From Candidatus Cloacimonadales bacterium (lineage in GTDB: Bacteria > Cloacimonadota > Cloacimonadia > Cloacimonadales > JAFGVF01), in NCBI GenBank assembly GCA_963667035.1, contig OY762964.1:1632001-1696000 (forward strand): 64,000 nt of DNA. Direction: 5' to 3'. Made by a program: the position numbers and the translations under genes. Below, piece after piece: positions 9,733 to 17,888 of this stretch (its first letter is position 1; every line of letters starts with the position of its first letter). Under the pieces are notes generated by a model. It made no database searches. It saw nothing but the letters and a program-made list of their open reading frames with translations, and was not told the origin of the DNA.

Positions 9733-10429
9733 GTAATATAATTCTTTTATTTTTATAACCTAAGTTCGGGGTTAAAACCTGACCTGATTCGGTAAAACTC
9801 TTTTCAAATGGGAAATAATAGGCTAATTTAGACTTGTCCAAATATGTTCTTGGATCTAATTTATCTTCATTGTAAGCTGATCTTTGATTGGGGGTTATAT
9901 TGCCAAAATAGATAATTAAGCTTGAAAAGTCTGCCTCAACAAATCTATATGTTGAATAAAGGCTATCACCAATACTGAAATAAGATAAGCCGTTATATGT
10001 TGATTCACCTTCGCTGAGCTGGTTTACACCATTTAGCAATAAAGATAAGTCTCCGGAACTAACAACTGGATATACACTGTTAATTTCTAGAGTATAAAAT
10101 TGATTTAGGTCTATATCTTCAGTAGTTCTTGATATTAAGTTACTTTGAGAATCAAGCCAACGACTATCTCCAACCATTAAATTGTTATACCGTTTTAAAA
10201 CATAATCAAATGGTGTAGAATCTGGAAGCAATCCCGTGAATATCTGTTTGTGCGTACTTGAGCGTATTTTCACTTTTGTCATTATAGTCACATGGCTTAC
10301 ACCACTAAAATCAAGATTTTCTCCTTCCATAGTAGCATAACCGTCAATACCACCCAATCGTAGTACATGCTTATTCACATACCTTTTAGCTTTATTCTTC
10401 CAAACATTTAAACCTAATACCAAGCTCAT
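9701..10429 (-). CDS. Phage structural protein with LamG/concanavalin-like fold
   Basis: 'LRLGGIDGYA', 'LLLNGVNQ', 'FSIGDS', 'LAYYFPF' pattern. Confidence 0.55.
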   Translation of the reverse strand: MSLVLGLNVWKNKAKRYVNKHVLRLGGIDGYATMEGENLDFSGVSHVTIMTKVKIRSSTHKQIFTGLLPDSTPFDYVLKRYNNLMVGDSRWLDSQSNLISRTTEDIDLNQFYTLEINSVYPVVSSGDLSLLLNGVNQLSEGESTYNGLSYFSIGDSLYSTYRFVEADFSSLIIYFGNITPNQRSAYNEDKLDPRTYLDKSKLAYYFPFEKSFTESGQVLTPNLGYKNKRIILHGGATIEKAV

Positions 10430-10436
10430 ATAACAC

Positions 10437-11177
10437 CTACACTATATCAAACTCAAACTCAACGGTCTGAGCTTCAGCTCCGGAGTTTTTAAGCTTAAAT
10501 GAAGCTATTCCACCACATCCTTTTATAAGACCATCAGGAAGACTGGCAGGAATTAAATCAGCATCAAGAAGTTTAATATCTGCTCCCGAATTCGAAAAAC
10601 AAATCTGTGCAGCTCTTACGGGTACGGCTATCTCCAAAACCTCACCTGCAGGGATTGATACCGGGCTGAAACAAATAGCTTCAAGTTGAATATTACTGAT
10701 AGTGATAATCCCCTGTGTTGATGTGGTTTGTGAAGCAACCAACTTGAAGTCATTCTCCACATTATCAACATAAAAAAATACTCCATGATTACCTTCAGTA
10801 AACGGAAGGTTTACATCTGCAGACGCAATACCTCCACCGGCTTCATCATCATCAACCAAGGTAAGTGCAAAGTCACCATCAGGTATAGCTTCTATAGCTA
10901 CAGTATACTTCAGAATACATCTGGTTCTTGTAACATCGGTCAAACTCTTCTGAAGACCACGGATATAGTTCTCAACTGATTGAACAATGCTACCGGTAAG
11001 ACCATTAGCAAATGTCAACTGGAATCCGGTACTCTCGGAAGTAAAACCTGTAAGAGTAAAATCTCCGGGAGTGTTTGATAAAAATGTATGAGTGCCACCA
11101 TCATGGTGCTGCCAACCATTAGCTACTGGAAGGATACCGTGATTCAGATCTCTTGGCATTAAATTGTATTTCTTCAT
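10437..11177 (-). CDS. Phage structural protein, beta-rich
   Basis: Start moved to ATG 11177 (AGGAG RBS); the ORF-track extension runs through repeat hairpins. Confidence 0.6.
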   Translation of the reverse strand: MKKYNLMPRDLNHGILPVANGWQHHDGGTHTFLSNTPGDFTLTGFTSESTGFQLTFANGLTGSIVQSVENYIRGLQKSLTDVTRTRCILKYTVAIEAIPDGDFALTLVDDDEAGGGIASADVNLPFTEGNHGVFFYVDNVENDFKLVASQTTSTQGIITISNIQLEAICFSPVSIPAGEVLEIAVPVRAAQICFSNSGADIKLLDADLIPASLPDGLIKGCGGIASFKLKNSGAEAQTVEFEFDIV

Positions 11178-11193
11178 ATCAGCTCCTATAAAA

Positions 11194-11220
11194 ACTGGGA
11201 ACGCAGGCTTCTTGCTTGCA
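11194..11220 (+). repeat. REP-like hairpin repeat (ACTGGG family), intergenic
   Basis: ACTGGGAAC-GCAGGC-TTCTT-GCTTGC-A. Confidence 0.8.
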
Positions 11221-11269
11221 TCTTTTAGAAAGGGCGTCAAGAAGACGCCCTACAGTAGAGTGTTTCAGG

Positions 11270-11428
11270 TTAAGCAAATGCATCTTCAACGATTGATTCC
11301 AATATTTCAACCGCTTCATCGTCAATTGTGTTGTCAGTTCTCTTTGCAAGCTCTTTGAGAAGAGTTATAGCGAAAGATGCTAATTTCTCAGCTGGTAGTT
11401 TCATAAGATACTTAAGTATCCATTTCAT
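11270..11428 (-). CDS. Small phage protein, 52 aa, not on ORF track
   Basis: GGAGG RBS; MKWILKYLMKLPAEKLASFAITLLKELAKRTDNTIDDEAVEILESIVEDAFA. Confidence 0.75.
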   Translation of the reverse strand: MKWILKYLMKLPAEKLASFAITLLKELAKRTDNTIDDEAVEILESIVEDAFA

Positions 11429-11442
11429 AATAACCTCCGTGG

Positions 11443-12129
11443 TTATGATTCAGTAATTGAGATGTCTTTGATTAATTCAAGGGCATCAACATCAAGTGTT
11501 ACTATTTCTATTTCGAAGCCGACAGATTCTGCAGTTAGCATTACCTGACTTGCTTCAGTGATAAAATTGATTGAATAAGAACCCATTATATCAGTCTCAT
11601 CATTAACTTTTACTTCATTGAATTGAGTTAATGTAACTTTCACACCATTCTCAGGCTCTGAAGTACTAGCATTAGTAACAACTCCGGAAACTACAGCTTC
11701 CGAAAGAACTAGGACTTTTGAGTCTACTGTCTTTTCAGCATTGAAAGTAATAAGAGATAAGTCTCCTGATTGGGTGATTGTTTTAGTACTGGCTCTACCA
11801 TCATAAATCCAGAATAAAGTATCTTTTTCGTTTGGATCCAGAAGGATGATATCAATCTGTCCACCGGTCAAGTCTCTCAATACATTAAGCTGTAATGAGT
11901 TTAGCCAGATTCGGTCAATACTTGCAGCTACTTTTTCGCTGACCAAGTAATCTGTTCCATCTGCAAGACGTGCATTCTCGGGGCTTATCTTAAGCTTATT
12001 GCTCTTCACAACATCAACATAAGTAAAACCAAGTACTTCAAGTCCCGCTTGATTTATGTTATCAGGCACAATTTCACTTATATCAATGCTTCCGGCTCTT
12101 TGTCTGATGTAGATATCAAAGTACTTCAT
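11443..12129 (-). CDS. Tail-tube paralogue with C-terminal Ig/carboxypeptidase-regulatory-like domain
   Basis: N-terminal half aligns by eye with 12138-12572; C-terminal VSGVVTN...GVKVTL...TDIMGSYSI...VGF. Confidence 0.6.
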   Translation of the reverse strand: MKYFDIYIRQRAGSIDISEIVPDNINQAGLEVLGFTYVDVVKSNKLKISPENARLADGTDYLVSEKVAASIDRIWLNSLQLNVLRDLTGGQIDIILLDPNEKDTLFWIYDGRASTKTITQSGDLSLITFNAEKTVDSKVLVLSEAVVSGVVTNASTSEPENGVKVTLTQFNEVKVNDETDIMGSYSINFITEASQVMLTAESVGFEIEIVTLDVDALELIKDISITES

Positions 12130-12137
12130 ACATCCTC

Positions 12138-12572
12138 CTAACTAAGCGAAACAAAGCTCTGTGCAGGAGCATTAACTGAAGCTTCTTTAGCACCGGAAAC
12201 TGCTACTTTAAGTGTAGCACCTGACTCAGCAGTAATCTTAGGATAAAGTCTCACATTCTCAAGGTAAGGACAAAGGGTTAGCTGATCGGGATCCACAAAA
12301 AGCACATCGACTTTCTGATTAATCATCAAGCTTCTCATATTATTGTAATCAACTCCACTCACCTTGTCAGCAGTAAAGTCTGTTACAGTCTCCTCGCTAT
12401 CAGTGCTGGAAGTACCATCAGCTAAAGCGTTCTGTGCTTTTGGCGACAGTTCCATTTTGTTCTTCTCAAGAAGATTGTCATACTTAGTCCAACCGGACGC
12501 TAAACCTGCATAAGTTGATGGAGGAGTTGCATCGTGGGCTCTAACATATACTTCTTTATAAAATCTTGCCAT
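12138..12572 (-). CDS. Putative major tail tube protein
   Basis: Size 144 aa, position after capsid, beta-rich Ser/Thr/Ala composition. Confidence 0.55.
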   Translation of the reverse strand: MARFYKEVYVRAHDATPPSTYAGLASGWTKYDNLLEKNKMELSPKAQNALADGTSSTDSEETVTDFTADKVSGVDYNNMRSLMINQKVDVLFVDPDQLTLCPYLENVRLYPKITAESGATLKVAVSGAKEASVNAPAQSFVSLS

Positions 12573-12589
12573 TTTACACCTCTAATAGG

Positions 12590-12613
12590 TGGGGTATGCA
12601 TATGCATACCCCA
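12590..12613. repeat. 24-bp perfect palindrome between capsid and tail tube genes
   Basis: TGGGGTATGCATATGCATACCCCA. Confidence 0.85.
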
Positions 12614-12619
12614 ATATGT

Positions 12620-13522
12620 TTATGCATCATTATCAGTTGAATCGTACTTAACGTAGATGTACTTGTCTGCGAGCTTTAACTCACCCCAAGCACTCCAGAC
12701 ATTGATGATATCATTGACTTTAGTAGCACTTGGTTGAGTCTTTTGACTGAACTTCTTCTGGAAAGCAGCACAAGCAGCTAACTTTTGATAGAAAATAGCA
12801 CACTTGTTAGTGTTGTTTTCTGCTGTCTCGCTGATAGTACCGTCGTCATCAACCAGAGGGCAATCAGCTTGCATTATAAAGTCAAAGCCATGAGCATGAC
12901 CAACGTAACCGTCATAGATTACACCCTTAGCGTTTGGATTTTTGCTAACATCTGAGAAATTGGAAATGCTAGTTAAATCATTAGCATACTCCGGACTTAC
13001 GATGCAGAATCTATCCTTTTGGGGTGCTTTTTGTTTATCAAGTGCAACCTTAGCTGCTTGAATATCTTCTTCAGTTAATTTTTTGTTAGTTGTATCTGCT
13101 ATAGGCACTAAATGCACAGGTGCTGAGACAGGAACACTATTAACTAAGAGATTCATAATACGTAGATTACTTTCGTCTCTAATAGCATCTTTGGCGTTTA
13201 AGCCCTGCTCATTGGTCTCGGCAATATCAGACTGAGCCTTATCAATGTCATAAACATTGAAAAGATAACCTATCTGAAGATTCAGATTAAGAGTAGATAC
13301 TGATTTACCGGAATCATCTGGTATATCGAACTCTGCCTTCAAAGCTTTCGTTTGAGCCGAATTAGGTATCAGCTGAGGAATGTTGATAGATTCTACTTTA
13401 TTCCCCTGAGCTCTTTTGGTTAAGTCAACAATAGTGTCAATGAGCCACTTCTGGTTTCCAAGACGCTCTCGAATCATTTGCTGGAGTGTTTTATTGCTCC
13501 AAATCTGAGGATTATATCCCAT
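12620..13522 (-). CDS. Major capsid protein
   Basis: Follows protease; PQIWS N-terminus, LDKQKAPQKDRFCIVSP, GYVGHAHGF motifs of HK97-fold coat proteins. Confidence 0.85.
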   Translation of the reverse strand: MGYNPQIWSNKTLQQMIRERLGNQKWLIDTIVDLTKRAQGNKVESINIPQLIPNSAQTKALKAEFDIPDDSGKSVSTLNLNLQIGYLFNVYDIDKAQSDIAETNEQGLNAKDAIRDESNLRIMNLLVNSVPVSAPVHLVPIADTTNKKLTEEDIQAAKVALDKQKAPQKDRFCIVSPEYANDLTSISNFSDVSKNPNAKGVIYDGYVGHAHGFDFIMQADCPLVDDDGTISETAENNTNKCAIFYQKLAACAAFQKKFSQKTQPSATKVNDIINVWSAWGELKLADKYIYVKYDSTDNDA

Positions 13523-14574
13523 TACTCACCTTCCTTTTGGGTATAAGGATCCCATTCAGATTCAAGTTTCCCTGCAAGGGCCTCATTCTTCTCGCAAAGC
13601 TCAATCCATTCAGCTTGATGATTAAGGTAGTAGCCATAATCTTTTTTAGCTGTAGGAGTACCGCTTTCAACCGGTTCAGTCACATCAAGAGTTGTTACCT
13701 TCTTGCTTGCGAGATACTCGTTGAAAAGCTTCTCATCTTTTGCATAAAGGCTCATTGCAAAGTCCTTCTCACTTGGAAGAAGCTTTTTCTCTGCAATAGC
13801 ACTATTAACTGCGGCTTCAGCATTAAGTTTGTTCTGTCTGGCTTCAATCTCAGTGATTTTTTCCTTCAAAGAACTGTTATCTGCAGCTAACTGCTGCACT
13901 TTTAGGAGAGCTTCCTGTTCGTTGGAGCATCCTAACACTTTTAAGAGTTCGTCCATTTTCAGACCTCCATCTGTTGGTGTATTTTGTATCTCCTCAGGAA
14001 GCGTCCAACCATGACTCATTGCGTATGCAACGATATCGTAGTGTGCCTTTGAGGATTTATTTGCATTAAAAATTGAATCACAGAAACCATTAGTCACAGC
14101 TTCCTTAGCTGCATACCAGGTCTCCTTATCCATTGCTTTAATAAGTTGCTCTTTTGTAAGTTTTGAACGGGTTTGATATGCCATTATCATATCATCTCTA
14201 AACTTGTCTAACAACTCAGCCATTTCTCGAAGTTTCCTTGAATTTCCTCGAGCATCTATCCAAGGATTATGTATCATGAACCTGGCTGTCTCAGCTATTT
14301 CAACACGATCTCCAGCCATAGCTATGATTGTTGCTATTGATGCGACAGTACTATCAATCATTACTGTAATCTCTTTAGGACATGATTTCAGATAGTTGTA
14401 TATAGCCAGCCCCTCATTAATTGAGCCACCCGGAGAACTTAATCTCACCGTTAACTTCTTAGCTGTAATCCTATTCACAGCTTCAGTCACCTTCTGTGCC
14501 GAAACGCCCCAACGTGAAATCTGATCATAAATCCAAATCTCATGCTGACCTTGTTTATTCATGTATACTTTCAT
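13522..14574 (-). CDS. ClpP-like head maturation protease with C-terminal scaffold
   Basis: LSSPGGS, ASIATIIAMAGD, FMIHNPW, ETWYAAKEAVTNGFCD; coiled-coil C-terminus. Confidence 0.93.
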   Translation of the reverse strand: MKVYMNKQGQHEIWIYDQISRWGVSAQKVTEAVNRITAKKLTVRLSSPGGSINEGLAIYNYLKSCPKEITVMIDSTVASIATIIAMAGDRVEIAETARFMIHNPWIDARGNSRKLREMAELLDKFRDDMIMAYQTRSKLTKEQLIKAMDKETWYAAKEAVTNGFCDSIFNANKSSKAHYDIVAYAMSHGWTLPEEIQNTPTDGGLKMDELLKVLGCSNEQEALLKVQQLAADNSSLKEKITEIEARQNKLNAEAAVNSAIAEKKLLPSEKDFAMSLYAKDEKLFNEYLASKKVTTLDVTEPVESGTPTAKKDYGYYLNHQAEWIELCEKNEALAGKLESEWDPYTQKEGE

Positions 14575-14592
14575 ATCAAAACCTCTGATGCC

Positions 14593-14674
14593 ATTATACT
14601 CAGAAATTTTATTTTATTGAAAAAAGTCCCAAAATGGGACTTTTTCGGACATTTCCGCCTTTTTGCTGTAAGAT
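14593..14674. promoter_or_regulatory. Divergent late promoters with central palindrome
   Basis: TATAAT on - (14593-14598), TAAGAT on + (14669-14674), AAAAAGTCCCA-aaa-TGGGACTTTTT at 14621-14645. Confidence 0.6.
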
Positions 14675-14699
14675 GACTTCAGAACATGAAGGAGGTCTT

Positions 14700-15089
14700 A
14701 TGGACTTTGAGAAGTTGATAAAAAGCGTGATCGATACGCTTAAAGAATCAAAGAAATTTAAGCAAGTTGAAGAGTATGACGGTCAGTTCGAGATTCTTGA
14801 AAAAATCTCAGCATTTCCACCTGCAGCTTTCGTTGATATCGAAGGTGACACCAACGAAGGTCAAACCCAAATCTCAGAAGATGTAACCCTATCAATTCGC
14901 CTATTTTGCTCTAAACTAATGGGGCAAGTATCAGGCATTTATGCACTACGTGCATACTGCCTAACCCTTAACGGTCTAGCTGTCAAATACAAGGATGAAT
15001 ACATTGGTCGCATGCACTACCAATCTTCTGAGCAACATGTTAATCTTCCGGGAGCAAAGACCTGGAAAATCAATTTCTCAGTGAGGTAA
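14700..15089 (+). CDS. Mu Gp37-like tail terminator/completion protein
   Basis: GGAGG RBS before ATG 14700; 'VEEYDGQF...PPAAFV' motif. Confidence 0.65.
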   Translation: MDFEKLIKSVIDTLKESKKFKQVEEYDGQFEILEKISAFPPAAFVDIEGDTNEGQTQISEDVTLSIRLFCSKLMGQVSGIYALRAYCLTLNGLAVKYKDEYIGRMHYQSSEQHVNLPGAKTWKINFSVR

Positions 15090-15091
15090 CT

Positions 15092-15475
15092 ATGGATATT
15101 ATCACAGTAACTGAAGTTTTGGATTCTATAGCGAATCAAGCGTTAAGATCCGTTCTAGAAGCAGAAGAAAATGTCCAAGGCTATATTGATTCTCGAGAGA
15201 AATGGGTTGAGGAACAATTAACCGGCACTCTGACTTTCCCATTAACTGAAGTACCGGAAACTCTCAAAATTGCCCTAATTGATATTGTAGCATTTGATTG
15301 CTACAAAAAAAACGATGCAACTGATGTTCCCAACACTGTCAGAGACGCTTATAAAGAAGCCTTAAAAGCCATTAACAACATCAAATCAAACAACACAATC
15401 ATAGACCCAGAGCAACAACCTGATACTTCAATTCAGTTCACAGTTGCCACTAAGTTCTTCACGGAGCCACTATGA
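15092..15475 (+). CDS. Mu Gp36-like (DUF1320) head-tail adaptor
   Basis: 'FPLTEVPETLKIALIDIVAFDCY...VRDAYKEALKAINNI'. Confidence 0.75.
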   Translation: MDIITVTEVLDSIANQALRSVLEAEENVQGYIDSREKWVEEQLTGTLTFPLTEVPETLKIALIDIVAFDCYKKNDATDVPNTVRDAYKEALKAINNIKSNNTIIDPEQQPDTSIQFTVATKFFTEPL

Positions 15476-15972
15476 TTATCGACCAATCGACCATGAAGAT
15501 TATCGCTAACACTGCAGCTAAAAAAATTAAAGCAAGAATAAGGGCTGGTGGAATCAAACCACCTTCTAACAATGGTGGTAGAACTCTCATCAAATCAGGT
15601 AAACTAATCAACTCTATAAAATACCGAACCCAAGGACAGAAGGTTATAATATCTGCAGGTGGGGGTCTTAAGTATGCAGCAATCCAACATCAGGGTGGTG
15701 TTATCAGACCTAGAAAAGCAAAGTATCTTGCAATCCCACTGACAAAGGCTGCTCAAGTTAAAAGCCCGAGGGATTTCGAGAACACCTACATACACAAAGG
15801 TGTCATCTTCCTGAAGGTTGATGGCGGTAAAGACATAGCTCTGTATGCTCTAAAGAAATCTGTAACCTTACCGGCACGTCCTTACATGTATCTGACAGAT
15901 GCTGAGATGACAGATATACACAGAATCCTTGGAAAGGAGATGTTAAAAAATGGCACATTCAAAACCGACTAA
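15472..15972 (+). CDS. Phage virion morphogenesis protein (Mu gpG-like)
   Basis: LIKSGKLINSI, KYAAIQHQGG, LPARPYM motifs. Confidence 0.85.
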   Translation: MIIDQSTMKIIANTAAKKIKARIRAGGIKPPSNNGGRTLIKSGKLINSIKYRTQGQKVIISAGGGLKYAAIQHQGGVIRPRKAKYLAIPLTKAAQVKSPRDFENTYIHKGVIFLKVDGGKDIALYALKKSVTLPARPYMYLTDAEMTDIHRILGKEMLKNGTFKTD

Positions 15973-16393
15973 ACTCGAAGCTAAAAGATTATATCTCGAA
16001 GGTAACAACATCAACGATATATCTGCAGGAATGGGAATCCCACGCTCAACCATTGAAAAATGGAAACGTAATGAAGACTGGGACTCAGAATTCACGCAAT
16101 ACTCTGCTCATCAGTTGGCAGAAGACATGCAGAAAGAGTTCTATCTTGGTGTCAAGAAGGCAATTAAAGAGGGGAAACTAACTGACCCGGGTACGGCTGA
16201 TGCCCTACTTAAATCAAGTCAATTAATGGCGAAAGTAATCCCAGAGAAAGTGCTACTGTCTAATCTTATGAAAATGCTCAAGGACCAAACTGAATACTTC
16301 CAACGCTTCGCTGATGATGACTTTGTCCTCGAATGGGGAAAGCACCTTCAGGGATTAAGTGAGTTTTTAAGGAAACGCTATGGAACGGAATAA
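15950..16393 (+). CDS. Terminase small subunit (HTH)
   Basis: AKRLYLEG...ISAGMGIPRSTIEKWKRNEDWD; upstream of TerL. Confidence 0.75.
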   Translation: MAHSKPTKLEAKRLYLEGNNINDISAGMGIPRSTIEKWKRNEDWDSEFTQYSAHQLAEDMQKEFYLGVKKAIKEGKLTDPGTADALLKSSQLMAKVIPEKVLLSNLMKMLKDQTEYFQRFADDDFVLEWGKHLQGLSEFLRKRYGTE

Positions 16394-17876
16394 AATGACC
16401 CCGAAGGAGTTCGATCAGCAGCTTCAAGAACTGATTGCAAATATCCAGCAAAACTGTACTCCATTCAAACACGATACTCCGGAAGAACAGAAAAAAAGAT
16501 TAGAACGTGCGTCCAAGGACTTCTTCTACTTTGCTAAGACCTATTTCCCACACTATATCAAAGCAAATCCATGTAAGAAACACAAAGATATTCACCATAT
16601 CACCGAACGTGAAGGTATTCATGCTGTAGCAGGATTTAGAGGATTTGGTAAAACTACACTGTTAGCTATTATCAAACCTATCTGGCGTGCTCTATTCGGT
16701 CAATCTAACTTTGTCATTGAAGCTGCTGAAAATGAACGACTAGCAACCAATAGGAACAAAGAGATTAAAGCTAATGTTCTCATGAACAATCGTATCATCT
16801 ATGACTTCAAACCACAGGTTGAAGGTGAAGTAAATGACTACATTCTGAGTGGCACAAGGTTTAACTGTAAATTCTTAGCACGTGGCTATCAACAGCCTGT
16901 TCGTGGTCTTTTTCACTATGGTAACAGACCTGATTTCATTGTTGTTGATGATCTTGAATCTCATCTGTCATTCAATCCTCGAATAGCTGATGAGAAGCTT
17001 AAGTTTGTACAGGAAGAGTGCTTTGGTGCTTTCCAAGCCGGACGTGGTACAGTTGTATGGCTTGGAAATCTGACTCATCAAACCTCTGCTTTCTTTCTCT
17101 TTAAAAAGAAGTGTGAGAAAGTAACTTCTAAAGATCTAACTTTCACAATCGTTCGTTCTTATGAAGTTGTGAAAGGTCGTAGAGTACCAACCTGGCGTGA
17201 GGAGTACCCTCTTCAAGTACTTGATAGAATTAAGCATATTATGGGTACTGCAGGTTTCGAGCGTCATTATCAAATGAATCCAATGATTGAAGGGCTTAAG
17301 TTTAAAGCTGAATGGATTAGATATGAGGACTTCCCGACTGAGTTTGAGAAGATAATAACCTACGTTGACCCATCGCTCAGCAGTAAGAAAACTGCTGACT
17401 ACAAAGCTATCATCACGCTTGGATATGCCAAAGGCAAATATTACCTGCTTGATGCCTGGATTAGAAAAGCATCCATCGACACTATGTTGCACTACCTTTA
17501 CAAACTGGATAAGGAGTACAACACACTGATATTCATGGAAGCTAACTTTTGGCAATCTATTCTGTGGGAGTTTATTCCTGATATTTCAACGTCCTATGGT
17601 TATTACCTTCCGGTGTTTGCTGTCATTAATTCAGAGAAGAAGGAAGTACGTATTGAGAAACTTGAACCACCTTTTGAGCGTGCTCGTATCATTTTCCCAA
17701 AAGACATGAATGACGATATCCAACTCCTGATTGAAATGCTACTGGGCTATCCTGACCATCCTCACGATGATGGTCCGGATGCTCTCTCTGGAGCCGTAAC
17801 TGAATGCAAGATAAATCGTGAAGTCTCCTATCAACCGGTAGGACAAAAACGGACAAGTTTTAAACAACTAATGTAA
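16380..17876 (+). CDS. Terminase large subunit
   Basis: FRGFGKTT Walker A, RPDFIVVDDLE Walker B, YVDPS and HDDGPDAL nuclease motifs. Confidence 0.95.
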   Translation: MERNKMTPKEFDQQLQELIANIQQNCTPFKHDTPEEQKKRLERASKDFFYFAKTYFPHYIKANPCKKHKDIHHITEREGIHAVAGFRGFGKTTLLAIIKPIWRALFGQSNFVIEAAENERLATNRNKEIKANVLMNNRIIYDFKPQVEGEVNDYILSGTRFNCKFLARGYQQPVRGLFHYGNRPDFIVVDDLESHLSFNPRIADEKLKFVQEECFGAFQAGRGTVVWLGNLTHQTSAFFLFKKKCEKVTSKDLTFTIVRSYEVVKGRRVPTWREEYPLQVLDRIKHIMGTAGFERHYQMNPMIEGLKFKAEWIRYEDFPTEFEKIITYVDPSLSSKKTADYKAIITLGYAKGKYYLLDAWIRKASIDTMLHYLYKLDKEYNTLIFMEANFWQSILWEFIPDISTSYGYYLPVFAVINSEKKEVRIEKLEPPFERARIIFPKDMNDDIQLLIEMLLGYPDHPHDDGPDALSGAVTECKINREVSYQPVGQKRTSFKQLM

Positions 17877-17888
17877 AGGACACAAGAT

